Shown one piece after another: positions 1 through 13,300 of a DNA stretch of 64,000 nt (position 1 is the stretch's first letter; each line of letters begins with the position of its first letter). This stretch comes from Schmidtea polychroa. Taxonomy: Eukaryota. A model generated the notes under the pieces. The model made no database searches, had not been told where the DNA came from, and saw only the letters and a list, made by a program, of their open reading frames with translations. The translations under genes were made by a program, and so were the position numbers. The DNA lies in contig CM097887.1 in the NCBI GenBank assembly GCA_044892525.1, forward strand, positions 144,376,397 to 144,440,396, read 5' to 3'.

Positions 1-1191
1 CTACAGTAAATTAAAACGACATTATAACATTACTAAAATATTTTGCCCCCCCCCCCTAGAAAACTTTCTGTGGATGTCAATGTTCATCTAGTTTTAAAAT
101 GTTGCTGGAACCGCTGGTATTCCAAATAGGATTCGGTGAAAACTTTATTGTTTGTTTTTAGTTGAAAATTCCGTTTTCAGTTTCAATTGCTTATGCAATT
201 CAATTTGATAATAAATTTTTTTCTTGTCGAACTCCTAAAGCACCCAACCGTTCTATTCGCAATGTGACAGTACTTGCGTACGCGTGTGTCATAAGTACAT
301 CGACACAGTAACTATTGACCTTGGTTGTGGTAATCGATTGGTCATTACGTGTGGAAGTACGAGGGGTCAGTTAGTAACAAGTGACCACGTGTGTAGTCCA
401 ATGGTTTGGATTGGACAACGCGACAGTAGTTACTATGTGTATACGCGCATATGTGTAGTAATGATATGGGTGTGTGTATGTGTTATGACATAACCATATG
501 GACGCATGTCAAATGATATGTAGAAACTGTCCTAATGGGAGGGTCAAGGGTAAATTATTATCTAATAGTATGCAACCTCTATGGGAGAGGGTTATCGGAC
601 CGGGACACATCCTACAACACTCAGTATTTTTCTATATTATCTCAAAANNNNNNNNNNNNNNNNNNNNNNNNNNNNNNNNNNNNNNNNNNNNNNNNNNNNN
701 NNNNNNNNNNNNNNNNNNNNNNNNNNNNNNNNNNNNNNNNNNNNNNNNNNNNNNNNNNNNNNNNNNNNNNNNNNNNNNNNNNNNNNNNNNNNNNNNNNNN
801 NNNNNNNNNNNNNNNNNNTCTTAAAAGATTTCCGAATTCAATTAGTAAACTTCTATATTTTTCTGTCTCTTAAAATCTTTTCGTTGGGATATATGAGGGA
901 AAATATATTTAAATGATTCCTTGTAACCGATTTCAATTGAATATTTTTTACAACTAATTAAGTATATTTTATTTTATTTCAATGCTGTATTATAATAATC
1001 TTTTAATAAGAACCTCTACTTACTATTATATGACTTCAGCCTTTTATTAGTAAAATTTTGTTAGATATTTCTATTTACTAAGGAAAAGGACCAGTAAAAT
1101 CTTTAAACTTCTTCACAGCTCACTTTTTTTTCTTTTCCTTAATCTTCATTTTCTTATCGACTTTCGATCAATATTTTGTTTTATATTTAAT

Positions 1192-1486
1192 CAGGGCCGG
1201 ATGTGGGTTTTGCGGGGCCACAGGAAAATATTATACGCGGGGCCCCTTACCACAAAAGGAAGAAATCATGAACATAATTTTATCAATTTTTTTAATGAAA
1301 TATATATTTCATCAATATATAATCAATAATATACATACGTAAACATCATATTTTTATTCTTATTTCGTACAAACTTTTTTACGTTGTATTTGGTGTCAAC
1401 AACTTGCCCTAGCTACTAATAATTAAAAATTTGAAAGCGCGGGCCTCGGGAAAATCCCCGAAGTCCCGAGCTCTGAGCCGGCTCTA
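1192..1486. mobile_element. hAT-type MITE, copy 1
   Basis: Starts CAGGGCCGG and ends with degenerate CCGGCTCTA; 8-bp flanks tatttaat/taattaag match 6/8; body closely resembles 27419-27861. Confidence 0.65.
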
Positions 1487-2880
1487 TAATTAAGTATAAA
1501 ATGGAAAAGAAATGAAGAAACATCAGAAACATTACTTTAATTAATATGAAACATGATCTAATGGATGTATTTAGTTTTTTTTATCTGTTTGGTGGAATCA
1601 TTCACAATACTGCATGCATTAATTTAGGTTTTTGTAGGTTAGTTTCACCTTTGATCTCTCAGAATATCAATTAGATAATGGATTAAGGACATTTATTAAT
1701 ATGACAACAGCTCATTAGATCACCACATATAAAAACACCCACAAACCAATCAAGAGAAAGCACACACACACAAACAAGTGAAAGCACACATACATTTAAT
1801 TATTGGTTGATTTTAACTAGTCAGTCAATTAATAGAAATATTAAAAAATATCAATATACAGTAGAAAGAAATTCCCAAAATCATGCCTTATCACATATTT
1901 CACTGATCTAAATATAAAATTACAGAACGTTCTGATTTAGGTATTTTTTATTAGTAATCAAATTTGGTTAACAAAATTTGTTTACTGAAATTTAAAAATA
2001 ATTGTTATTTTTAAATATTTTATTTTTAATTTTAAAATGTTCCATCGTCATTTCGTAGCATAAATAATTTTGTTTACTGTAAAAAATGTGAAATTCAATA
2101 TAGTATGTTTGAAGTTTCGTGTGTATTAACTAACCAATGAAAATTTAGATTATCTTAATAATGGAGGCAGTTACTAATTATAGAAACAAGTTAATTTATT
2201 TTAATTGATTTATTTTATTTCAAATTTTCAACTGTAAGTTTTTTTTAATATTTTTTAAATAACCGAAATTAGTTATCATTTTAATTAGAAAAATATTAAA
2301 TTTTTTTATTGTATTCGTCCTTTGTACATTAGTAAATTTAATTTTCATGAATTTAAATTAATTTTAATGTTTTTATCATAATTAACTTCAATAAAATTGT
2401 TTTCTAATATTTGTTTCACCATTTTAAAATGATAAATAAAATCAATAATGATTTTCTTTATAAATTTAAATTATTCTTATTGCTTCCAAATTACAATATT
2501 CAGGTTAAACTTTCTTTGTCGATTTATATTATCACTTAGAAATTGCAATTCTTGGATTTTGATTTTTGTTAATTTTTATATTTATTATTATTGGCAAATT
2601 ATTTAACAGGATTATTAAATAATAATCCTATATTCCAGTGCTTAATAAAAACATCACTCTGATTTGATTGGCTGATTTGAGGAATAATGTTGTCTGACAA
2701 AAATAGCTTTTAGTGATTTTCAAATAATTTTCCGTTTGTCATCGATTTTTAATTATACTTGTGATATACTACTTAGAAATGACAGTAATTGGTTGTTAAA
2801 ATGTCCTTGAATCTATTTATAGAACCAATTTTCATTGGCCGAAAGAATTTATTGAAAATAAATCTGAAATTTTCATTCAA

Positions 2881-3645
2881 ATTATAAAGCAACCCTTGAA
2901 CAATGCAGTTATTGAATTGCGTTTAAAAACTTCTTTTGCTTCTTAATAATAGTTAAATAAATAGTTAAATAAAAAAAAATTATATGAATTTTAAAGGTAG
3001 TGTATAACACGGTTATGAATAACAAGGAACAAATTAGCCACGTCATTCGAGGGTTATAAGTTAAACATTTTTTTATTTGATAAGGATTTATTGTAATTAA
3101 CTAATTTAGATTTGATAAGCAATTAATACTGCTTTATTAGGTATTTAAGGCAAACACTGAAATAACTCATTTCTTTTTTCTATACATGACCTGAATCACT
3201 TGTTCAATTTGAAAAAACCCGTGTTATAACCAGGGTCTACAGTAATAAATAATAATAATAATAATAATGATGATAATAATAATAATAATAATAATAATAA
3301 TTATAAAGCAACCCTTGAACAATGCAGTTATTGAATTGCGTTTAAAAACTTCTTTTGCTTCTTAATAATAGTTAAATAAATAGTTAAATAAAAAAAAATT
3401 ATATGAATTTTAAAGGTAGTGTATAACACGGTTATGAATAACAAGGAACAAATTAGCCACGTCATTCGAGGGTTATAAGTTAAACATTTTTTTATTTGAT
3501 AAGGATTTATTGTAATTAACTAATTTAGATTTGATAAGCAATTAATACTGCTTTATTAGGTATTTAAGGCAAACACTGAAATAACTCATTTCTTTTTTCT
3601 ATACATGACCTGAATCACTTGTTCAATTTGAAAAAACCCGTGTTA
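2881..3645. repeat. Two apparently identical 346-bp direct copies (2881-3226, 3300-3645) separated by a pogo/Tc1-like TIR end and an (AAT)n tract
   Basis: Copies read the same base for base; the second ends at an N gap, so an assembly artefact is likely. Confidence 0.8.
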
Positions 3646-3901
3646 NNNNNNNNNNNNNNNNNNNNNNNNNNNNNNNNNNNNNNNNNNNNNNNNNNNNNNN
3701 NNNNNNNNNNNNNNNNNNNNNNNNNNNNNNNNNNNNNNNNNNNNNNNNNNNNNNNNNNNNNNNNNNNNNNNNNNNNNNNNNNNNNNNNNNNNNNNNNNNN
3801 NNNNNNNNNNNNNNNNNNNNNNNNNNNNNNNNNNNNNNNATAAGGATATTGATTTTGAAAGTAAATAACTAATATAATATAATATAATATCAATTGGAAG
3901 T

Positions 3902-5075
3902 ATGGATTTTTTTGAACTTTCAGAAATAATAAATGATGATATGAAAATAATTTTATGGTTTATATTATGTGAAATATGTGGGAAAGAAGCTAAACTTTCC
4001 AAAAAACCTGAAACTTTGAATTCCTTTAAATGGATTTATCGTTTTCAAAAAGAAAATTCAAAACACACATTTAGAAGAAGTCTAACAGTAAGAAGATTTT
4101 TTGAATCAGCTAAAATTGCGTGAAAAAAATTTAGTTTTATAAAATGAATGGAGTTTCGAACCAAGTGTAAAAACAACGGTACTTTTTCATTATCGGGACC
4201 CCCAGTTCTTTATTCGAAAATTCGGTGAAGTAATAATAATAGTAATAATAATATTTGTGAGCATTACCCATAANNNNNNNNNNNNNNNNNNNNNNNNNNN
4301 NNNNNNNNNNNNNNNNNNNNNNNNNNNNNNNNNNNNNNNNNNNNNNNNNNNNNNNNNNNNNNNNNNNNNNNNNNNNNNNNNNNNNNNNNNNNNNNNNNNN
4401 NNNNNNNNNNNNNNNNNNNNNNNNNNNNNNNNNNNNNNNGAATTTCTCCCCTATGGATAATGCTCACAAGGGTACTGCTCACATTCAACAACTCAAAATA
4501 TTATTATTATTATTACTTCACCGAATTTTTGAAAAATGAACTTGGGGTCCCGATTATGAACAAGTACCAAAACAACTGTTGTAATAACAAAATTAGACAA
4601 AAAACAGTTATACAATGGTTTTGCTATTTTAGGGATGTAAATGTTTCCGAATTCGGTGGAGAAGGTGTAACTTGTCAGATAGATGAGTCAAAGTTTATGA
4701 AATTGAAATCAAACTGGGTGAATCCGACTGGAAATTAAGTAAGAAAAAAATGGGTTTTCGGTATTTTCGATATGAGGACTAAATTTGTCATTTGGAATTG
4801 GTAAGCAACAGATAGAGAAACACACTTTTTCCTATCATAAGACGAATAATTAAACCTAATACAAGAATTCGGAGTGATGAATACTCCACATATACTGGTG
4901 GTCCTAACTTTGATAGAACTCAACCTTCGCCACTTAATGCTTTGGGACCATATGATCACTAATATGATAATCATTCTTTACATTATAAAGATCCAATAAC
5001 TGGAGTTCATACCAACAATGTTGAAGCTTGTTGAACTTCTGCAAAAAGAAAGTTGATGAATGGATGGCTAGAAAA
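3902..5075 (+). pseudogene. Merlin (IS1595-like) DDE transposase remnant
   Basis: Frameshifted/stopped motifs RRSLTVRRFFESAK, GGEGVTCQIDESKF, KKWVFG, PIIRRIIKPNTRIRSDEY, HYKDPITGVHTNNVEA. Confidence 0.85.
4178..4568. mobile_element. Merlin-type MITE inserted in the Merlin transposase
   Basis: Ends GGTACT...AGTACC, imperfect inverted arms of about 90 bp around a gap, exact 8-bp TSD AAAACAAC (4170-4177, 4569-4576). Confidence 0.8.
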
Positions 5076-6130
5076 GGGTTTGGTTTTCATAAATTCTTTA
5101 ATACAATAATTGATCATTTGGCTATTTGGTACAATCCAAATTAAAGTCTAGTTTTTCTGTCTTAATAAATCACTGAAGTTTTATCTTATTGTTAGTATAC
5201 AGTTCAAATATTTTTTTATATTTTGTTTAATCACAAGATACTTATATTATATTATTTATTTATTCATTTTTTTATTTTCAAAATCAGTACTCTTATTCTC
5301 CACCATAGCCATAATAAATAATAATAATAAATAAATATTTTCTTTCAAATCTACATTGGCAGTGTTCAGGCCGATGCGGGAAACTCAATTAGAAAATTAG
5401 AAAATAAAAATAAGTTTCTAATGATGAATTTGAATTTTATTTAGTTTTCCTTATTTACGAATATCTATGGGTTTCACCATTTGACCTGCGCGTATAATTG
5501 GATGCTCTCTTAATTTATTATAACCTCATTTTTGAATTTTCGGAAGTTGATGTCCTATGGCACGGACACTGTGGATATGATTACACGATGCTATATGGAA
5601 ATATTTGAACAACTAGTTTGAGTTTTGTGTCTAAATTGTATAAAATTCTGGAATCACATTTGCTGATTGACTGTACTAATGATTGAGCCCTAGCTCGTCG
5701 TTGTTAGAATGAAGAAAATAAAAATCTTAGAATTTTAAGGGTGAGAATCTCTCCCCTTTTTTGCCTTAATGGCAATGATGTATATTAAAACAAAATTTGA
5801 TTTTTTTTTGCATTCTAAAACATATGACATGCAATAATGGGATAATAAGGTAATCATGGGACAAATCAATCTTGACAAATATAATTAATCAATGGGTTCA
5901 CACCTTACAAGCCAGATTATTCATTTGCGTTTCTTTGAAATAATAAATTGAACCTTTAAAGTTAATTTTTTTTTCTGATAAAATATCTGAGTGAATTAAA
6001 AATATTTGCCGCCTTACAGATAATGTCAGTGATTAATTAAGACAATGAACTTTATACTTTTCGGATCATTACAATTTATTTAATATCTAATAAAGGAATT
6101 TCCAAGAAAATGTTGATTCTAAATATACCT

Positions 6131-6198
<68 letters not shown>
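6131..6198. repeat. (CA)n(TA)n microsatellite
   Basis: Direct reading. Confidence 0.95.
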
Positions 6199-6199
<1 letters not shown>

Positions 6200-6282
6200 T
6201 GCATGTAATACCCTCTTTTGTTTTCAATTAATGAACTTATTAAAATTGTTGAAATTCTTATTTTTATTCATAAGTATTACTT

Positions 6283-7059
6283 TTAAATATTCAGAAGATT
6301 TTTCCAAACTTCATTATTAAAACAAAACTGCCGACTAAAACTCGGAGAACGATGCTTGAACGATGTCAACACAACAATCATACAATCATAGAATATTATA
6401 AATTTAGTATAAATATTTAAATTAACCATAAATATATTGTTAGATCTATTTAACATTCTCCTCAATTAAAACATTTTAAAACGTTTTAAATTCTCTCAAC
6501 CATTCAACATTTATTTTGATATGCTTTCCATTATTCATTTTGATGACATAGCTTCTATCGTATCTCTTATTTATGATCACTCAGACCACTTGCACCTGTC
6601 ATCCTCTTTTGTATGTATGTCTATTCTTACCAAAACATTATATTCTTTTGAAAATTCTCCTTCATTTTTGTAAATTATTATATTTCCATTATTTTCTATT
6701 TCATGTTTTTCGGTTTGTCTTTCCTCTTTCTATTTCCATATATTCATTCGGATTCATATTATCGTTCCCGACTAATGTCCATTCTCAGCACCGGCGCTAG
6801 AGTTTCAGATGATGTGTGAAAATTCTTTTTACCGCCTTCGCATTCCATAATAAGAGTAAAAAAAACTTAACTATTTTTCAAAACAAAAATATTTTTCACA
6901 GATGGAACAATATTGTTCAAATTGGGCTAGTTATTAAACAATAGAATGGAAATTGTTATGAAAATAACAAATTTCTGTACAATTTTGCCGCCTTTTGTAT
7001 TTTTCCGCCGTGGCGCCTGCGTGAAAATCACGCATCGTACCCGCCTCACGCCGGGCCTG
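6283..7059 (-). mobile_element. Degraded 5' part of a hAT (ZMYM/TTF zinc-finger-like) element
   Basis: CAGGCCCGGCG TIR-like end at 7059 on minus; remnants DDRCKW...IRDTI and FNNEVWKNL resemble the hAT N-terminal region. Confidence 0.35.
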
Positions 7060-7381
7060 TCCATTCTCTAAATAATCTTTTAACATACACAAGTTTAGCT
7101 AGACTAAATCTTACCGTACTCTACTTAGTAGATTTTAATGAAAACTCTACTTCTAATTTTTATATACTTTGTCTTTCACATACATCTGAATTGCATCTCT
7201 GATTTATCTCACAGAACTTATTCATATTTTTAAAAGAAGTTATCAGTAAATTATTTTAATTTGTTGAATTAAGAACTTTAGTTTTTTATTAATTAAAATG
7301 TCTATGTATATAGTTATGGTCAAATAAATTTTTGATAATAAAAAAAAACTGACAATAATGATGAATTTTAGAAGTTTCACG

Positions 7382-10300
7382 ATGTCCGACAGGAAACCTA
7401 CAAATAACACTTCAAATACGAAAGATATTGACGACGATCAATCTCATTCTGGTAATTTTTAATAATTATTTTCAATGGGAAATATTGGGAATTTAATATT
7501 CGGTAAAATTTTTCAATAAATATTTGTTGAGTAATTAAATAACTTCGTCAGGAAACAAATGTAATATGACTTCTTAAGTCTTTATATTAAAACATTAAAA
7601 TCCAACACAATTAAGTTTTATTTTCATAGGTTCAATCATTCAATTACCAATAATTACATTTGGGAAATAATAGTTTGAATTAGGAGCAGATGATCCTAGG
7701 AAAACCGCTTCAAACTATTTTGCAAATCTGATCTGGTACAATCAATTAAAATTATTTACACTCTAATAACTAAATAATTTGTAACAATTGCTGATACTAA
7801 ACACTCTTTCTCAATCTTTCTCATGTACCAGGAACGTCAAACTTCACTAAATTTGCTTTTTCTTATATATAACCAACCTAGCATTAATCAAATCTGTCTA
7901 CAAGCCGCATCATAATCATATCAATTAGTCAATATGCCGTTATTAATGCATGCCATGATTGGGGATTTTGTTTTCCTAATGAAATGATTAATATTATCAA
8001 CCAAATTTTTAATAATACATTAAGTTTATATTTTTGTAATTACTTTGCCTCGTGACCCTTCATTGATTGGTGATTTATATATTGGTATTTAAATTATCAT
8101 TTGCTACCCACTTCTACTTTTTTTTAAGATTTTTCAAAATTTTTAATTAATTTTTCACTTAAATTTGGTTTACGAATTTTTGTACATTTGAATTTTATTT
8201 GTACTAATTTATATAACCCCATCATATTTGACACATCTTAAAATTTTGATTTTAAAATCGCAAAAAATAAACATATTTATTTTGTGATTTTTATTCTCAT
8301 CAAGTTGCGCTATTAAATATTATTTCAAATGAAAAAAGTGTCAAAAATAAATAGGTTGAATATATAATTTTAAATAAATAAAAAATTAATTTATTAAAAA
8401 AGGTCACGGATAAAATTTAAATAATTTAAATAATATAAATTAGTTAACTATAAGTCACACATCATGGTTAATCTTCAAGGTATTAAGGAAATAATATTTT
8501 TTTAATACTTTAAAATACTTTCAATTTAAAATAAATATTTTTAAACATTACAGTTAATGAATTTTCTGTAATTTTTTTTTGAAATATAAAAAATGTAAAA
8601 TTTCTTAATTTTTTTATATAGGCCTTAGAAATCCCGCAAAATATTCAAACGCGTAAATATATCCTATTTATCTGCAATTTAATAGGCTAATAAGTTTTTA
8701 ATACTGATTTAATAAAAACCTTATCTAACATTGTTATTAAATAATTATTACGTGGTTTGTTCGATTTCGTGTTCAGAGACCCGAGATTTTTGGTTTTTAT
8801 ATACATTCTAAATCATTTTTTCTTCCCTAAAAATTGGCTTTCTATAATAATTTTCACAGAAAGAGTAATTTAGACTTGTAGGTGGCCTTGGGTGCATGTC
8901 ATATTTCACAATGATGAAAACGCAAATTTTCATTGAACAAAATATAATCTTCATTTTTAACTTTCGATGTAGACAATGTTCAAAATTAAGAATAATGGCA
9001 AAGAAATGATTTATTAAACAACGTGTCCAACTGATTTTCAATCGTAAGCAATGAGTTTAACAGAGATATCCAAAACTTAGACGGGATTTATTTTCCCATT
9101 GTAAATCTATGAACTTATTATTGTAATATTTGTCTAGCTTTATAAATATTTGTTTTTATATATATTTTTCCTTTCAAGTTTAAATGTCATATGGTTAAAT
9201 GGAAACTTTCTATTGAAAGATATGAATTCCTTATTATTTAAATGTAAACTCTAGAAAAACTCTAGAAAATATCCGAGTGATTTGTTATTAATATTTAGGA
9301 AAATTTCATTTAAGATTAGGTTTCATTGTGATAATACATCAGTAACCATATTTGATGTTGCAGGCATTTACTTGATACTACTTGCCAGTGTTTTTAGCAG
9401 CCTTTTGAAACTCAAAATCCCCTTATCTCGATCAGGAACTATCATTAAAATTTTGTAAAGTTGTCAAAGACAAAATTGTTTTAGTAAATAATTTTACCCG
9501 TCAATCAGCGTAATATTAGTAACATGATAATTAGTATAGATTCATTTGGTTAAAAGTTAAAAACATTACAAAATTTTAACTTTTCTATTCAATTAAATTA
9601 AAAAAAGGTTTTGTTCGTGGATAGTCAGCCAGATGGCTTCAGACCATTCCTATTGCATGTAACACTTCTACAATTAGGCACATGTTTTTATATTTTATAT
9701 AAGTCTGTGCTTGCAGCGAGGTATCCGATCCAACTTATAGAGGGAAAGATAGCGTGCTTCTTGCTGAGAATTTACTCGATCAGCCGACTTCCGTGACTGG
9801 AACACTCAGGAGCAACAGGAAGGGCAATCCATTAGAAGTGACAACATAAAAATTAAAGAGTCAAAGTTATGAGCCAATACTCTAACAAATGAATTTGAGT
9901 AATGAAATGGAGGGATCGTCGAGATGTTTTATCCATTTCGTCACAATTCAGCGGTGATTTGACATAAACGATAAACAGGCAAGGATCAGTTTTCATGAAC
10001 CCAAAAATGATTAAAGAGTATGATAAGAATATGAGCGGCATTGACTTCCATGATCAAATACCAGCCTATTACCGATTTCAAAGAAAAACAATTCGCTGGT
10101 ATTTGAAGTTAGGAATCCATATTTTCCAAACAATGCTTACCGATTCATTCTATTTATACAATAAGAAAAACGAAAAAAATGAGTTTACTTGATTTTCGAA
10201 TATCCGTAATTGAAAATTTAGTTGGCCCTCCATTACCATTACCTGCTCATCGGCAAATAAAAGTAAATCTCCCATTGTTTTGGGTGGAAAATGAAAGCGG

Positions 10301-13300
10301 TAGAGTAATGAAGCGATAGTGCAGATACTGGCGGATAGTAAAATTCTTGAGAAAAGACGCTAAGCTCTATTGTAAGGATTGGCCTGTTCTGCCTGGATTA
10401 AGTTTGGAGCCAATTATAATTAGAAAAAATATATAATGAACGAACTCTCCAAAACAATTACTGTGTAAATTAGTGTAAATAATAGATAGAGAATGCTATA
10501 TTCAACTTTATGAAAAAATGGATTATTGTTTTGTGCCCTTGACATGTCTTCAAACACACCTATAAAAAAATTACAAATAAGGTTAAATAAGGTTAAGTTC
10601 AACTTTAGACTAGAGCGTGCGTTTTTACAAGTTTTTCATGCTTGTTGATTCCTCTCTCTCTCTGAAGTGCAAATAAAGACTAAGCCCTCATTTATGGTAA
10701 TATTATTACAATTACAGGCCCAATTGCTATTGAAAATAATAATCTTGGTTTTATTTCATTTTTTTGTAGTTTTTTTCGAAAATCGCTTCATTTTTACACT
10801 GGTGCAAGTTTCCGCGGAATTCTTTGCACAGGGAATATGGCAATGGAATAATGAAAAAATATTATAAGTTTTGCTCTAAGACATGAATAGCACATAAACC
10901 TTATGATATTTATGCCATAGATCTGGCCTGTACTCATCTTATGGTTTGTCCGTAGTTATTATACAATGAAGTTTTTCTAACATACTCTCGAATTTATATT
11001 TCATATGTATAATTACTGATAATATATTAATGTTCATCATCAAGTTCAATGATCAACTTTCTTGATCTTATTAATTCATTATGTAAATATTCTGTGATAA
11101 TTAAATTAAATCGCATTCAATTTAATTAAGGAATATAATTTCTTTGTATATATTGTTGGGTTTTAGCTAATTTAAGTCGGTAACCTCTGACTCCTCGTGT
11201 TCTTTTAATCATAACAATAAACTACCCAACGTATATTTGAATCACAAAAATATATTTCTATCGGCAATCAATCACCAAAGTTTTACAAGTTTGACCGATT
11301 CTCCGCTCGGTGTTGATGCTTTGACAAAAGACAATATTCACCTTTTTATTTCTTCAACTCCTCGACCAACGTTTCCTTTTTCCCTTTTTCGTATCTCCTA
11401 TTCTATATGTTCTTTTTCCCTAATCTCCGTTTGCCTATTCTTGTTTCTTCTTACTCTAACTGCGACAAAATGCCGATTATTTTGAATTTCGACTTTGCCT
11501 TTATACACTTTGATTAATCGGTTTTTGACCTGATTGCTCCTATCTAACAATGGTTTGACAACCGGCTCCTTGAACGTTGTTTGCACCATATCATAATTAA
11601 TTGGCTCATTTTTCTATTCCTTTGTAATAGTCCTAACTTTGTTTGTCTCCATTAATCATACTGTCATGATAATGGCCTTCCGAGATTCTCATTTTGTTTA
11701 CTTTTCATGTTAATCGATCTCGGGTTTACTTCATCTCTCGGGTTCTCAATTGGCTCGGGTTTCCTATTAGCTCGGGTTTCCTATTAGCTCGGGTTTCCTA
11801 TTAGCTCGGGTTTCCTATTAGCCAATTAATTAATTAATTAACGATTTTTTATTTTAGCACATCCGAATGCTTTTCGACCCTTTCTAACCATTTTCTGATA
11901 AATCCCTAATCATCATCTTGTTGACCATTAGCTAATCTATACCTGTCCCGTTTTTCTAATTTAATTTCGATAACTTTACAATTTATTGATTTTTCTTGGA
12001 TTTCCGGATTCTTGCCTTTCGCAACTGCTTTTGCCATTTCCTAATACTGCTTCCATCATACTTTCCTTTACTATCAATTCTGTGCATGATCACGCTTTTA
12101 TTTGTCTTTTTCCTTCACTTACTTTTTATTTCAATTTTCAACCTAAATTTCATTTAAATTTATTTTAATTTACTGACCTCAACAATTTTAATTATCGAAA
12201 AAAAGCAGAATTCAAAAAAACTATTCAGACATCTTGTTAAAAGAATAAAAGTTGTAACTTCGTTTTGAAATTTGGGACAACTTATCGCAGCATAATGGAT
12301 ATCCAAAAATTTATAAAGCCCTATGATGGAGTAAGTGAGTTTTCTACTTGGCTTAAGAAACTAAAGTTAATGGCAAAGCATCAAAAGATCAAAAATTTGT
12401 CCTTTGTTCTTCCATTGTTGCTTGATGGACAGCATTTCTCATTTACGATCACCTGATGGAGAAGGATAAAGAAAACTGTGACGCAGTAGAAAAAAGTTTA
12501 ACAGATGTCTTCGAGGGATTGCTTCCATACTTACGACACGCTCCGCAACGAGCTATGTAATGGAGAGCCAGTTGATGTTTTACTTGTGGATCTGTAGCGA
12601 TTGGCTACGTTGCCCGAAAAAATGATGACCGGTTCCTCAAGAGAGTGTTTGTAGTCGGACTCCAATTAATAGTATCCCACCAGCTTAGAGCTTCAATGAG
12701 GATCCTAGAAATGAACTTTTCAGAAGTGTTTCGACAAGCTTGAGCACTAATATCCGAACAGAACGACTTTGCTGGTCTGTTTGCAATGAAGGGAAGTGGT
12801 TTTGGGCTGGGCAAATGAATCAAATTGAGCTATGGATGTGGAAAATCTGGACATTTCAAAAATAAATACCCCTCTCAAGAATGTTGGACAATGCTCTTCA
12901 AATTCATAGAGAAACGCTGGAAGACAAACTGGAGCGTCAGCGATTTCACCAGTGATAGATCACTACATTGATGACATAGCTGTTAACACGAGTTCTGTGT
13001 CTTAAAATTTCTTTCATATTTTCACACCACATTGCCAAAGCTGATGATGATATTGTCCATCTTTTGGAAAAGATTAATTCCAGAATTCCCGAAAAAATGA
13101 CTTATTCTCGAAATCTCTAGTCTTTAATCGGATTTTAAATGATTTATAAAGTCGTCTTTTGTACCGAGATTTGAAAGTAATCTAAACAGAGATATTTATT
13201 GCATCATAGCTTGGTGCGCTGTGAAAAGCTACTGGACTATACTGGAATTATAAATAAGGGATATCATTTCAATTACCCTAACAAGTTTTTCATACTCTCT

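Noticed and set aside
40-82. G-run-containing TIR-like end (CATTGACATCCACAGAAAGTTTTCTAGGGG on minus)
   Set aside because: Resembles a common hAT MITE end, but the partner end and TSD are outside the window.
263-490. GC-richer TGTGACA...ATGACA segment as a solo LTR
   Set aside because: No TSD, PBS or PPT and only a weak terminal match.
2881-3645. Biological tandem duplication
   Set aside because: Identical copies ending at an N gap are more simply explained as a scaffolding overlap.
11237-11600. Possible LINE endonuclease remnant on minus
   Set aside because: No diagnostic catalytic motif could be read.
11753-11820. CRISPR-like array
   Set aside because: Head-to-tail 17-mers without spacers in a eukaryotic context; an ordinary minisatellite.
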